Shown here: positions 49,979 through 63,963 of the stretch, piece by piece | How the letters are laid out: every line of letters begins with the position of its first letter | Position numbering within the stretch: the stretch's first letter is position 1 | DNA from: Amoebidium appalachense | Lineage: Eukaryota > Protista > Ichthyosporea | Assembly: GCA_963693365.1 (NCBI GenBank) | Contig: CAVNZM010000003.1 | Span: forward strand, 11,815,651 to 11,879,650 | Direction: 5' to 3' | DNA length: 64,000 nucleotides | Program-made: the position numbers and the translations under genes | The notes under the pieces: model-generated | The model's input: only the letters and a program-made list of their open reading frames with translations | The model's database searches: none | What the model was told of the DNA's origin: nothing

Positions 49979-52900
49979 ATTCTTATGCCAACGTCGTCTT
50001 TACCAGCCCCAGCAAGGGGATACATGAGCCGGTGCCTGTGGATCAATCTCACAAGCAGGCACAGGTGTGCTCCACAGGAGCAATGAAAAGAATGACAAAT
50101 GTCATACAGAAACATGCTCAAAAAACGTAGCCTAGTGCCTAAATAGGCAAAGGGTGTGGTGGGTGGGCAAAAACTTAGCTAAAAAATTGGGCCTAAAGAG
50201 ACCTAAACGCGCTCAGTAGCGCCGCAACTGACCTCCCTGGGGCCGCGCCAGCTCATTATAGAGCGCGGCCCACATTTTTGCCTATGGAAATATGAAGAAA
50301 TGACTTAGAACCTATCAAATCCATGAAATCTACCAAAATGGAATTTTTGCTGCACATCAACCAATGAAAAATTTTCACAAGTGGCTAAAACCCCTAGATC
50401 ATAAAGACCAAATCGATTGCCGCCCATTTCGGACTAGATATAACTCAAACTCATCAATATATCCATATGGCATATCCCACAGAACATAAAAACAGCTACA
50501 GCTCCCTAAATAAAAATGCTTCTTATGCCAACATCGTCTTTACCAGCCCCAGCAAGGGGATACATGAGCCGGTGCCTGTGGATCAATCTCACAAGCAGGC
50601 ACAGGTGTGCTCCACAGGAGCAATGAAAAGAATGACAAATGTCATACAGAAACATGCTCAAAAAACGTAGCCTAGTGCCTAAATAGGCAAAGGGTGTGGT
50701 GGGTGGGCAAAAACTTAGCTAAAAAATTGGGCCTAAAGAGACCTAAACGCGCTCAGTAGCGCCGCAACTGACCTCCCTGGGGCCGCGCCAGCTCATTATA
50801 GAGCGCGGCCCACATTTTTGCCTATGGAAATATGAAGAAATGACTTAGAACCTATCAAATCCATGAAATCTACCAAAATGGAATTTTTGCTGCACATCAA
50901 CCAATGAATAATTTTCACAAGTGGCTAAAACCCCTAGATCATAAAGACCAAATCGATTGCCGCCCATTTCGGACTAGATATAACTCAAACTCATCAATAT
51001 ATCCATATGGCATATCCCACAGAACATAAAAACAGCTACAGCTCCCTAAATAAAAATGCTAGCAGCCTGAAACTTTGCACACACATCAAACACACCATGG
51101 CCTACAGCATTATATTACCACGAAGTTTACATCACACTCGCAACACACAATTTCACTCCAACGGGGCTATCTAATTCTCCTGCAAAGAAAACACGTTTAC
51201 AAACTTAATATTCTTATGCCAACGTCGTCTTTACCAGCCCCAGCAAGAGGGTACATGAGCCGGTGCCTGTGGATCAATCTCACAAGCAGGCACAGGTGTG
51301 CTCCACCACTCCCTACCTGGCACGGGAAGGAACGAACCATGCCGTGGGTGACTGACGCAGCGCTGCAGCCCGGGTAAGGAGCGACGCAGGCACGCGAATA
51401 GAAAGAACAAGAGACTGGCCGGCCTGCACATACCGGCGGAGGGAGGCATGCGATCTCCATCGACCACGCAGAGCAATCGTCTCTACTGAAACACCCCTGA
51501 CATAGTCTCTCGAGGCACCATCATGGCGAAGACTGTGAAGATGGAACCCATATCGTTGAGGCCGAGGGAGTCACATGCCGCTTGGAATTTGGCACGCAGA
51601 ACATCATACGAGAAAGGAAACAGCCGCGCAGAAGGGGGGGCGGGGCGCCACGGAACCAGAAAGACAGGATGGCCAACAGGGACGGATCGGTGATGGGCAC
51701 AAACTGATTTGGACCGGTCTTGGTGTCGGCCAGGCGGATGCCGCCTGTACCGGGTGGCATGTCGTGGGGGAACGGGGTCGTCGGGCAATATAAGATCCGC
51801 ACGGGTGAGCATAAGCAACTCACTGACACGAAAATAACACTCAAATCCAAGCAAAACAGCAATACCAAACAAGGGGCCAATTTTGGAATACAAATAATGG
51901 CCAATGACGAGGACCAATGAAAACGGAAGCGGGGGCGTAGTCGTTGCTGGAACAAGCCGGTTCCAGCCCTGCAGGCTCCGTTGGGCGGCCTGCAGGTGTG
52001 GACCCAGGCGTGGCATGAAATGCTTGATGCCGGCAGCTGTGTTGACACAGTGCTGACGCTGGCCACGCGATGGATCAATGGCATAACACTCCTCAAAATA
52101 CTCCACCAGGTAGGTCGTCCAGTTCGGCGGGGGACTTGGTGTCGGTACCAGGGGGCAACCAATCCAGGAACTCAACAACAGCATCCCGGTAGGCCTTGAG
52201 GGTTGGGGGCTTTATGGCCTGGTCAGCCAGAAAACCGCGAGGGACCATCTGCAGGATTGTGGGCCGACGGCAGCCACACACAATACAAACGAATGTCGAG
52301 GGCAAGCGTGTAGGCAGCCACCTGGCGGCATACACGGTTCAGGCGTCGGGATGCTGAACGACCCTTAGCAACAGCTCCAAGCAGCGCCGTCGAATCAAGG
52401 CCCCAAAGGTAGCGGGAGCCCCTGGCAGCCGTAGACCGACCCAATCGACGAAGCCCCAGGAGCAAGGCTTCTCCCTCCAGAATGTTGATGTGGTCGGAGT
52501 GGAGATGAATGATGTTGGTGGTCCACCGGCCACCAACAGCTGCCAGGATAGGTGCCGGGGGGGCGGACGGGCTTGGCTCGTGCACAGGACCAGACAGCTG
52601 GCTGTAGTGGCCACGCCGGTTGCAGTGAGGCAGCACTTCGCGGAGAAGCGTTGCTGGAAGCACCCGGGACACCACTGCACCACCCAACAAGGAAGCATCA
52701 GTGCAGAACATGGTGCTAGCAAACCCAGAACACAAATCACAACGCATCAAAGAGGCCAAAGCACACATCGCCTGAAGCTCCCACACCACGGGCGGGGGAA
52801 GGGGCTGTTCCCGACCCCCCAGCTGCTCCACAAAACTGTAGACGGCACTCAGAACCGACAAAAGCGGCCGCTGCAGCAGTGCCGCCCACACCCAACCACC

Positions 52901-55900
52901 AAGCAACTGCTGCAAACGGAGCTGCGTGACGACACCACGACGCAACACGGCCTGGGTTTCCGCCACCAGACGGCACAAGGAAGCGCCAGACGGGCGCAAT
53001 ATCCCAGAGCGATGCATTTCCAGGCCTAGCAGCACCATAGAGGACGACGAACCAGCAGCCACATCCTTCTTGACATTGGAGGGAAGACCAGCCGGGCCGG
53101 TGACGCCATGATACGATTCACGCTGACGATTGATGGCGGTGGCATCTGTGCCGACCCAGCCACAGTCGTCCACATACAGGGCATGCTGCGTGGCCTCCAC
53201 AGGCCGCGGCACTATCGCACAGAGGCGCTCAATGCGGGGCATGCCGGCTCGGTCAGCCAACTGCCCATGGACGTCTTGAGCCACAAGCACAGAATGCACC
53301 CAGCCCATGGGCACGGTCTTGACGGCCGGGTACACAAGCCGGTCGGGCCCAGAAATGCCAACAGCCTCCGAAGACACAGGCGGCAATCCGAAGTACCGCC
53401 ACAGCCACTCCGGGGCAAGAAGACGATGGAACTGGTTGTCCATGTCCGACTTGCCAAAATAGAGGCAATCCTCAGGCCCCAGCAACAGATCGGCAAAATC
53501 GGCAGGGTTGGGCAGTTGCACCTGGAGGGCAGGATGATCACGGGCAAAGAACAGGTTGCCACGGCGGCCGTCAAAAATGACGCGGGCTCTGGTGTCTTAG
53601 GGGACCCCAAACAGCCCATTGATGGCCAGTGGTTTTTCCTTCGCCTCGAAATAGTGAACCATGCCGCAGTCTTGAAGCCGAAGAAGCAGGGGACCGTATT
53701 CCCCACTGGGAACGTGATGCGCCTGTCGGATGCGGCGCAGCTCTGCAGGTGTCGGCGGAACAGGCTTGAGAAGGCCGCCGTTGCAGTTGGCCAAAAACGG
53801 CTGCAGCGTAGGAGACAAAAACTGCAACACGTCCACTGTGGCTCCAACCCCAGGGGGTGGCAAAGCGGCATTTGCCGCCGTGAGAGGTAGCCATCCTGTC
53901 AATACAGGGTAGGCCCCGGGGAACGCAGCCAAGACACTACTCGCAGGCTGAGCCTCGTAGACACCCGCGCGTATAGCATCGTAGCTGGCCCTAAGGACAA
54001 AGGTCCACAGGGCATGGTGGTGACTGTTCACCAACCGGGTCGGGAATGGGCAAGGGCCGCCTGCCCACAGCTCGTTGAGGGCACCAAGACAACGGTTAGC
54101 CAAGGTAACCCCCTTCAGGCAGTGAGACAGACGTTGCCGACGGCGTTGACTCCGTAGACGGGCTTGTCCAGAACGGTCCGGCACAGGAATGGCCGGAACA
54201 GGAAACAAATCAGAGGCGGCAAAGACATGACGGGCATAGCTGTGGAATCCTTAGAAAAATTAGGGGGCATATTTAATCAAGGGCACGTGGCAGGAAACCA
54301 CAAGAAAATAATATACAGAACCGCGTGCCGAACCCCCAAAGGGCCGTTTAGGCCCTGTGCCCACCGGTCCCCGGAGGGGTCGATGGACCGGCTCCGGATG
54401 GGCCACTGCCGGGACCGCGCCGAGCCCGGGTGACTTCGGCGAGGGTCTTGGCTTGACGAACAGCCCGGGTGGCCAAGGCAGGGGGCAGGGGCAGGCTGCG
54501 CGCAGGGAGCTCCTTAAACTGCTCTGCAACAGCCCAGTCCCCGTTGGACTGATCAGCAGTCTGCACAGCCAGCAGACGGCGCACACCAACTTCCACAGCA
54601 GGTGACTCCTTGCGGGCCTTAGGGTCGGCGGCCAGCAGCAGATCCAGCATACGGGCAAGCGTCAGAGCCTCCCGTTTGTTGCGGTAGCTGACCCAATCCG
54701 CCGCGTGGACAGCCGCAGTGACCGAGGCCTGGTCAGCCAAGGTGCTCACGTCGGCCGGTTCGCTATGATGGCCCGCCCGGCCGGGCCGGCAAATCGGGCC
54801 AAAAGTCCCCGACCCGAACATTTTGCATATAATTTGAGAAATTGTGGGGAGAGAATTCTCTAACAGTTTTCCACCAAAATTTGCTACGTACTAAATATAT
54901 ATGTAAACTCTTATTCTGTAAATTTTCAATCAATTCTGACATTGGGTTTTTTGGCAAAGCTCACAACAGCGATGGTACCTTTTCTTGGTTTGAGGTGCGA
55001 CCCGAAAATTGGTGACACTGTAGCGTGACAACCCAATGTCAGATCGAGTTGAAACTTGGTTAACCCCAAGGTCATTGGCTTACAAGCTTATGTGCAAAAT
55101 TTGACCTATGGTTGTTTGTCTTTATGCGACACAGGAAGGACGCGCTTTGGCCGGTTTTCAGCCGTAAAAAAGTGAAAAATGGCAACAAACTGCGTTGGCC
55201 GCTGTACTGCACAGCGTGTGAGCCATTCGTCATCTAAAACTGATCAGTGCGGCGGGTGGCAAGATGGTAACAAAGCGATAAGAAATTGTTTACGTGAACC
55301 AATCATAGACGAGAACTAAGAAATATGCGGGTAAATGGGAATTTTCGGCCCACATATTGGTGACAAAGCAAAGGACGCTAAGGAGCATGTAGTTACGGTC
55401 AACATTGTACATATAATCTACAAATAATAAATATAATGTATAAGTAAATGATAAAAATCATTATATTACTATTTAATACAGCTTAAATACTGAATGGGAA
55501 TGGGCAGATAGGAGTGGTACCGCGATCATGAAAAAGGAATTTTGCAACGCTCAAGCGTGGTTTGATTGGTCGGCATGCGTTCTATATAACAAGCAAGGAC
55601 TTAGACTCACACGTGCGGCGACATTGTCCTTGTTCGCGTGCATGTGCATACCTGTACGTACGGTGTTTAATAATCTTTAAAGCCTTTTACATAATTCAAA
55701 TCTGTGTGTTATCGTTTATTGCTATATCCTGTTTCATGCTTTCGCCGCGCTCTGATCGATTGGGTGCCCGTCAGGAGTGTCTCTGCCGTGAGCTGGGCAT
55801 TCGCATTCCACAGATCGCGTCGAATGGCTCGTGTAATTGGCTGCAGATCTTTCGCGGCTCTCGGCGAACTTTGGCCCGGATCCGCCCTGAACCGCTTGTA

Positions 55901-57323
55901 TCCGCGGCGAACCGGCCGGGTGGGCCCTCATAGCGAACCGGCCGACGTGGCTCTTGAGGTAGGAAGGGGCCAGACGTTCTTTGACGCGCAGGTTGACTTT
56001 GGCGCCGATGGAGAGCAGATAACGGCTGGGGTTGGGTTTGGAACGGCCAGAGGAACGACGGCTGCGAGAGGAACGACCGTAGCCACTGCTGCTGGAATCA
56101 GAATCCTCACTCGACGATGGGGTGTCTTCACTGCCGGTGTCGTACGCAGAGACAGGCTCCTTGCCCTTGGCCCGCGCAGACAGCGTGCTCAGCAGGCCGC
56201 CGGCAGAGGGCTTCTTGGGGCGACCAGACTGGGCAACAGAGAGGGCTTGCACTTGGGCAGAAAGCGCCTGCAGCTGCTCTTGGACGTCTACACCGTCAGA
56301 ACGCCGCTGGGGAGAGGGCGACCCAGGTGGGGGGGAGGCACGGCCGCTGCGAGGAGTGCGACAGAGCAAGTGCAGCTGGTCGGTGACTTTCCAACTGACC
56401 ATCTCAGGGTCATCAAAAGCCACCGAGCGCGTCTTGAGGGCTGAAACTACACTGTTGACGGTTTCTGCCGGCAGGCTGTTCCAGGGGAGGGCGTTGGACT
56501 GCAAAACGGCCAGACTTTTGAGACTTGGGTCGTCCGCATCGGTAGAGATCTCCAAAAGCTTTTCGAGGAGAGCGGCCCCCTTGGCGACCAGAGCAGGAGG
56601 AGGGGCCATTGCAATGCTCACAAACCAGACTAGAGCACGAAAACTTGAAAACGAAGACTGGAAAATGCAAAAACGCGGGAAAACCGACACCGCAAAAAAC
56701 GTCCGAAAACCAGCTAAAACGCAATGGCGCGCACGCAAAACTCTTACCAGATGCTGCCGAAGCTAAGCGCGCGCTCCTGGGCAAAAAAACAACTAGCGAA
56801 AAAACGAACAACAGCGCGAAAAACGGGGACTAGAGTTGCAAAAACTTAGCTAAAAAATTGGGCCTAAAGAGACCTAAACGCGCTCAGTAGCGCCGCAACT
56901 GACCTCCCTGGGGCCGCGCGCCCCACATTTTTGCCTATGGAAATATGAAGAAATGACTTAAAACCTATCAAATCCATGAAATCTACCAAAATGGAATTTT
57001 TGCTGCACATCAACCAATGAAAAATTTTCACAAGTGGCTGAAACCCCTAGATCATAAAGACCAAATCGATTGCCGCCCATTTCGGACTAGATATAACTCA
57101 AACTCATCAATATATCCATATGGCATATCCCACAGAACATAAAAACAGCTACAGCTCCCTAAATAAAAATGCTAGCAGCCTGAAACTTTGCACACCCATC
57201 CAACACACCATGGCCTACAACATTGTACTACCACGAAGTTTACAGCACACTCGCAACACACAATTTCACTCCAACGGGGCTATCTAATTCTCCTGCAAAG
57301 AACACACGTTTACAAACTTTATA
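49979..57323 (-). mobile_element. YR retrotransposon copy 3 with a duplicated 3' module and an interrupted gag
   Basis: B-spacer-A modules with a 540-bp period (49981/50521); B1 at 51210; YR 51313-52248; pol 52223-54270; gag 54348-56609; A1 56838-57323. Confidence 0.92.
54747..55949. mobile_element. Non-autonomous DNA transposon with CAC termini and a 3-bp TSD (CMC/Chapaev/EnSpm-like)
   Basis: 38-bp TIR cacgtcggccggttcgctatgaKggcccRcccggccgg (2 mismatches). GCT is duplicated at 54744-54746 and 55950-55952. The empty site ggtGCTcttgagg is present in the other gag copies. Confidence 0.9.
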
Positions 57324-60300
57324 TCAAATTCAAGCAAAACAGCATAACCAAACAAGGGGCCAATTTTGGAATACAAATGATGGCCAATAACGAGGACCAA
57401 TGAAAACGGAAGCGGGGGCGTGGTCTTTGCTGGAACAAACCGGTTCCAGCCCTGCAGGCTCCGTTGGGCGGCCTGCAGGTGTAGACACAGGCGTGGCATG
57501 AAATGCTTGATGCCGGCAGCTGTCTTGACACAGCGCTGACGCTGGCAAGCGATGGATCAATGGCATAACACTCCTCAAAATACTCCACCAGGAGGTCGTC
57601 CAGTTCGGCGGGGGACTTGGTGTCGGTGCCAGGGGGCAACCAATCCAGGAATGCAACAACAGCATCCCGGTAGGCCGTGAGGGTTGGGGGCTTTATGGCC
57701 TGGTCAGCCAGAAAACCGCGAGGGACCATCTGCAGGATTGTGGGCTGACGGCAGCCACACACAATACAAACGAATGTGGAGGGCAAGCATGTAGGAGCCA
57801 CCTGGCGGCATACACGGTTAAGGCGTCGTGATGCTGAACGACCCTTAGCAACAGCTCCAAGCAGCGCCGTCGAATCAAGGCCCCAAAGGTAGCGGGAGCC
57901 CCTGGCAGCCGTAGACCGACCTAATCGACGAAGCCCCAGGAGCAAGGCTTCTCCCTCCAGAATGTTGATGTGGTCGGAGTGGCGCCAACGATGACTGATG
58001 TTGGTGGTCCACCGGCCACCAACAGCTGCCAGGATAGGTGCCGGGGGGGCGGACGGGCTTGGCTCGTGCACAGGATCAGACAGCTGGCTGTAGTGGCCAC
58101 GCCGGTTGCAGTGAGGCAGCACTTCGCGGAGAAGCGTTGCTGGAAGCACCGGGACACCACTGCACCACCCAACAAGGAAGCATCAGTGCAGAACATGGTG
58201 CTAGCAAACCCAGAACGCAAATCACAACGCATCCAAGGGGCCAAAGCACACATCGCCTGAAGCTCCCACACCACGGGCGGGGGAAGGGGCTGTTCCCGAC
58301 CCCCCAGCTGCTCCACAAAGCTGTAGACGGCACTCAGAACCGACAAAAGCGGCCGCTGCAGCAGTGCCGCCCACACCCAACCACCAAGCAACTGCTGCAA
58401 ACGGAGCTGCGTGACGACACCACGACGCAACACGGCCTGGGTTTCCGCCACCAGACGACACAAGGAAGCGCCAGACGGGCGCAATATCCCAGAGCGGTGC
58501 ATTTCCAGGCCTAGCAGCACCATAGAGGACGACGAACCAGCAGCCACATCCTTCTTGACATTGGAGGGAAGACCAGCCGGGCCGGTGACGCCATGATACG
58601 ATTCACGCTGACGATTGATGGCGGTGGCATCTGTGCCGACCCAGCCACAGTCGTCCACATACAGGGCATGCTGCGTGGCCTCCACAGGCCACGGCACTAT
58701 CGCACAGAGGCACTCAATGCGGGGCATGCCGGCTCGGTCAGCCAACTGCCCATGGACGTCTTGAGCCACAAGCACAGATTGCACCCAGCCCATGGGCACG
58801 GTCTTGAGGGCCGGGTACACAAGCCGGTCGGGCCCAGAAATGCCAACAGCCTCCGAAGACACAGGCGGCAATCCGAAGAACCGCCACAGCCACTCGGGGG
58901 AAAAAAAAAGAAGTCCATGTCTGACTTGCCAAAATAGAGGCAATCCTCAGGCCACAGCAACAGATCGGCAAAATCGGCAGGGTTGGGCAGGTGCACCTTG
59001 AGGGCAGGATGATCACGGGCAAAGAACAGGTTGCCACGGCGGCCGTCAAAAATGACGTGGGCCCTGGTGTCATTGGGGACCCCAAACAGCCCATTGATGG
59101 CCAGTGGTTTTTCCTTCGTCTCGAAATAGTGCACCATGCCGCAGTCTTGAAGCCGAAGAAGCAGGGGACCGTATTCCCCACTGGGAACGTGATGCGCCGG
59201 TCGGATGCGGCGCAGCTCTGCAGGCGTCAGCAGAACAGGCTTGAGAAGGCCGCCGTCGCAGTTGGCCAAAAACGGCTGCAACGTAGATGACAAAAACTGC
59301 AACACGTCCACTGTGGCTCCAACCCCAGGGGGTGGCAAAGCGGCATTTGCCGCCGTGAGAGGTAGCCATCCTGTCAATACAGGGTAGGCCGCGGGGAATG
59401 CAGCCAAGACACTACTCGCAGGCTGAGCGTGGTAGACACCCGCGCGTATAGCATCGTAGCTGGCCCTAAGGACAAAGGTCCACAGGGCATGGTGGTGACT
59501 GTTCACCAACCGGGTCGGGAATGGGCAAGGGCTGCCTGCCCACAGCTCATTGAGGGCACCAAGACAACGGTTAGCCAAGGTAACCCCCTTCAGGCGGTTA
59601 GACAGACGTTGCAGACGGCGTTGACTCCGTAGACGGGCTTGTCCAGAACGGTCCGGGACAGGAATGGCCGGAACTGGAAACAAATCAGAGGCGGCAAAGA
59701 CATGACGTGGCATAGCTGTGGAATCATTAGAAAAATTAGGGGGCATATATAATCAAGGGCACGTGGCAGGAAACCACAAGAAAATAATATTCAGAACCGC
59801 GTGCTGAACCCCCAAAGGGCCGTTTAGGCCCTGTGCCCACCGGTCCCCGGAGGGGTCGATGGACCGGCCCCGGATGGGCCACTGCCGGGACCGCGCCGAG
59901 CCCGGGTGACTTCGGCGAGGGTCTTGGCTTGACGAACAGCCCGGGTGGCCAAGGCAGGGGGCAGGGGCAGGCTGCGCGCAGGGAGCTCCTCAAACTGCTC
60001 TGCAACAGCCCGGTCCCCGTTGGACTGGTAAACAGTCTGCACAGCCAGCAGACGGCGCACACCAACCTCCACAGCAGGTGACTCCTTGCGGGCCTTAGGG
60101 TCGGCGGCCAGCAGCAGATACAGCATACGGGCAAGCGTCAGAGCCTCCCGTTTGTTGCAGTAGCTGACCCAATCCGCCGCGTGGACAGCCGCAGTGACCG
60201 AGGCCTGGTCAGCCAAGGTGCTCTTGAGGTAGGAAGGTGCCAGACGGTCTTTTACGCGCAGTTTGACTTTGGCGCCGCTGGAGAGCAGATAACGGCTGGG

Positions 60301-60785
60301 GTTGGGTTTGGAACGGCCAGAGGAACGACGGCTGCGAGAGGAACGACCGTAGCCACTGCTGCTGGAAGAAGAATCCTCACTCGACGTTGGGGTGTCTTCA
60401 CTGCCGGTGTCGTACGCATAGACAGGCTCCTTGCCCTTTGCCCGCGCAGACAGCGTGCTCAGCAGGCCGCCGGCAGAGGGCTTCTTGGGGCGACCAGACT
60501 GGGCAACAGAGAGGGCTTGCACTTGGGCAGAAAGCGCCTGCAGCTGCTCTTGGAAGTCTACACTGTCAGAACGCCGCTGGGGAGAGGGCGACCCAGGTGG
60601 GGGGGAGGCACGGCCGCTACGAGGAGTGCGACAGAGCAAGCGCAGTTGGTCGGTGACTTTCCAACCGACTACTCAGGGTCATCAAAAGCCACCGAGCGTG
60701 CCTTGAGGGCTGAAACCACACGGTTGACGGTCTCCGGCAGCGTTCCAGGGGAGGGCGTTGGACTGCAAAACGGCCAGATTTTGAG
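57324..60785 (-). mobile_element. YR retrotransposon copy 4, truncated at both ends
   Basis: YR N-terminal half 57324-57729, frameshifted pol 57704-59746, and gag 59824-~60785. Confidence 0.9.
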
Positions 60786-60789
60786 ACCT

Positions 60790-61659
60790 AGCCAACGTCG
60801 TCTTACCAGCCCCAGCAAGGGGATACATGAGCCGGTGCCTGTGATCAATCTCACAAGCAGGCACTGTTGCCCACAGGAGCAATGAAAAGAATGAAAATCA
60901 ACAGAAACATGCTCAAAAATCGTAGCCTAGTGCCTAAATAGGCAAAGGGTGTGGTGGGTGGGCAAAAACTTAGCTAATAAATTGGGCCTAAAGAGACCTA
61001 AACGCGCTCAGTAGCGCCGCAACTGACCTCTCTGGGGCCGCGCAATCTCATTATATAGCGCGGCGCACATTTTTGCCACTGGAAATATGAAGAAATGACT
61101 TAAAACCTATCAAATCCATGAAATCTACCAAAATGGAATTTTTGCTGCACATCAGCCAATGAAAATTTTTCACAAGTGGTTAAAACCCCTAGATCACAAA
61201 GACCAAATCAATTGCCCGCAATTTCGGACTAGATATAACTCACACTCATCAATATATCCATATGGCATATCCCACAGAACATAAAAACAGCTACAGCTCC
61301 CTAAATAAAAATGCTAGCAGCCTGAAACTTTGCACACACATCAAACACACCAAGACCTACACCATGCTTCTTCTACGAATTTTACAGCACACTCGCAACA
61401 CACAATTTCACTCCAGCGGGGCTATCTAATTCACCTGCATCTGTGCCGAACCAGCCACAGTCGTCCACATACAGGGCATGCTGCGTGGCCTCCACAGGCC
61501 GCGGCACTATCGCACAGAGGCGCTCAATGCGGGGCATGCCGGCTCTGTCAGCCAACTGCCCATGGACGTCTTGAGCCACAAGCACAGAATGCACCCAGCC
61601 CATGGGCACAGTCTTGAGGGCATGCACCCAGCCCATGGGCACGGTCTTGAGGGCCGGGT
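60790..61659 (-). mobile_element. B-spacer-A module followed by an RT fragment with a 33-bp tandem duplication
   Basis: Module at 60790-~61435. The RT piece at 61436-61659 reads ALKTVPMGWVH twice. Confidence 0.85.
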
Positions 61660-63243
61660 CACGGCCCTCTGAAAAAAAGACGGCCTGGATAGAATACGTC
61701 ATAAAATCGCATTCCATTGTGCTCGTGGTATTTCGATCCACTGGATTCCGGCCCTAAACGAGATGTCGGCACAGAACATGTATGTTGTTGTTCTTCGTTT
61801 ACGTCTCGCTTTTTTTGGTTCAGTGACTGAGACATCGGTAACATGGCTGACGGCGGGACTGGCCCTATGGAGGGAGCTGCTCCTCCCGCACCTGAAATGG
61901 ATAAGAAGAGGAGTAACGGTCTGCGTAGCAACAAAGTCGATAACATATGCAGTGTTCCAGGCTGCAGAGGCAACTACGACGACCAAAACAAGGTTTTCGT
62001 TTACAAATTCCCCAACCCAAACGACGGGCGCATTAAAAGCGAGACACTACGCGAAGAAACACGGAACCTTCACAGTGCGTGGCTACGTGCTGTGCCGAGG
62101 CAGTGGCCTGAGAACTTCGACCCGCAGTGGGTTCACTTTTGTGTGGGAGATCAACGGTCAAAAAATCAATCTCTTATTCGAGGGGGGACAGCATGTTTCG
62201 GCATATGCAGACTATCTACGAGTCTGAACGCGGGCAGGCACTCAAGGAGGCCTTCAAACTCACACCCACCGTTCTCTGGCCCAACAACTTCGACAAGCAG
62301 AAGGTGGGGCCAGCTTTGGCTGTGTTCCACGAGTCCACCATTGCTGCGCTCGACAACCACGTGGTCGATGAACCCCTGTTTAAGTTCACCCCAAATTTCC
62401 TAAAAAAAATCGCACGGTGGTGGACGCTTATGAACATCGGTACCACCACGTATGCGGCGCGCAAAATGGACCCATGGTGTGCTGCATTCACCAGCAGCAG
62501 TGGCCAGCGGCTGATTTGGGTGGAGAAATTCGCTGAGTGGGTGGTGAGCATGCCCACTGGTGAGCATGCCCACTGGCGAGGGGGGTTTTACGGAGGAAAC
62601 GCAGTGGTCGCTGGCGTTTACGAGCAAGACAATGGTATCCCCCCACCCCCCCCCTCAAAATCCCCTCCAATGTCCTCATGCCGCTCCCCCTCACCCCCCC
62701 CCCCCCCCAAAAAAAAAAAGGCAGAAAGGAGGATGAAAAACACACAGAAATTCCAAAAATCCCCTCCGGTGTGCCCTCTTCCCAGCCCTCGTGCACTAAA
62801 CAACACAGCCTCCCCCCCCCCCCCCCCGATTTCTCTCTCCACCATGGTCGCGCCATAGCACCACCACATCCCCCTTCGTACACAAAACAACAGAATAAAC
62901 CGAAAATTTCAATCTTGAACCCCCCTCCATACCCCCCCCCCCCCCCAAACACGTGAGACTTATTCATTTCTATTGCGTTGAGAAATAAGCAGCCCCCCCA
63001 CCCCCCCACCCCCTTCTTCCCCCTCCCCTTGACTGGATAGATAAACACCCCCCTCACCCCCTCCCCCCCCCCCCAACACACGATGTCACATCAGGAGTCG
63101 ACCGGCATAAAGTTTGTGTCACTGATGTGTGTGTGTGTGTGTGTGTGTGTTTGTGTGTGTCTGTGTGTGACACTGTGTATGTGTGTGTGTGTGTGACACG
63201 TGTGTGTGTGTGCGCGCGCATCAGTGTGTTTGTGTGCGTGTCT

Positions 63244-63277
<34 letters not shown>

Positions 63278-63558
63278 CTGTGTCGGGATGGGTGGGTGGG
63301 GGAGGGGGGGGGGGGGGGGGGAGGGGCTTTTCCATATGGTTTTTCACATGCCAAGCGTAGTCAAATGTGGTGCCACACAGATTTTGCTGACTTTTTATTT
63401 GCAGGCCAGTTTCATCCGCTATCTCCTGGACAGCGGCGTGAGCAGCGAGAAGCTCAACTTTGTACTCACCAGAAAGTTTCAAACCGACCCCCCTTGAGGG
63501 TGCTTTTGGCACAATCCGACAGTACAGCGGTGGGAACTACAACGTTAGGACAGCACAG
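61660..63558 (+). pseudogene. THAP-domain P-element/THAP9-like transposase, internally deleted, with introns; probable left end at 61660
   Basis: THAP: CSVPGC..YKFP..WLRAVPR. GTP-binding region: FKLTPTVLWPNNFDKQKVGPALAVF..FLKKIARWWTLMN. C-terminal exon 63405-63558: [29 protein letters not shown] homology stops at CACGGCC. Confidence 0.85.
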
Positions 63559-63963
63559 GTGGGTACCTCCCCTCCTGGATCCCCCCCCCCCCCCCCCCCC
63601 CCCCACCCCTACCCTACTCAGCCACCCACCCACTGCCTGCCACAGTGAAACACAAGAGATACATCACACACACACGATTCATACAGCATTACAAAGAATA
63701 GAGACAGAACAGATTTAGGATGATTTGGTGATTCACCTTAAAAATGGGATAGTGGTGTCATGACATGGTGGCCCCGGGGAATAAAATAATCAGGAGAAAA
63801 AGGGGGGGGGGGGGGGGGGGGTTGAATGCGGAACACGGTACGAAGTACGCATACACGACGAGAAGCATGGTGCAGGACACAAACAAAGGCAAACATTTCA
63901 ATTATGCAACATCAGCCATGTGCACAGTATGCGTCATAAGCAGAGCCCATCCTCAGGGAGGAC

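Noticed and set aside
48997-50121. 374-aa ORF as a gene
   Set aside because: It is a chance fusion of spacer/B repeat, unique flank and the second-family RT/RH relic.
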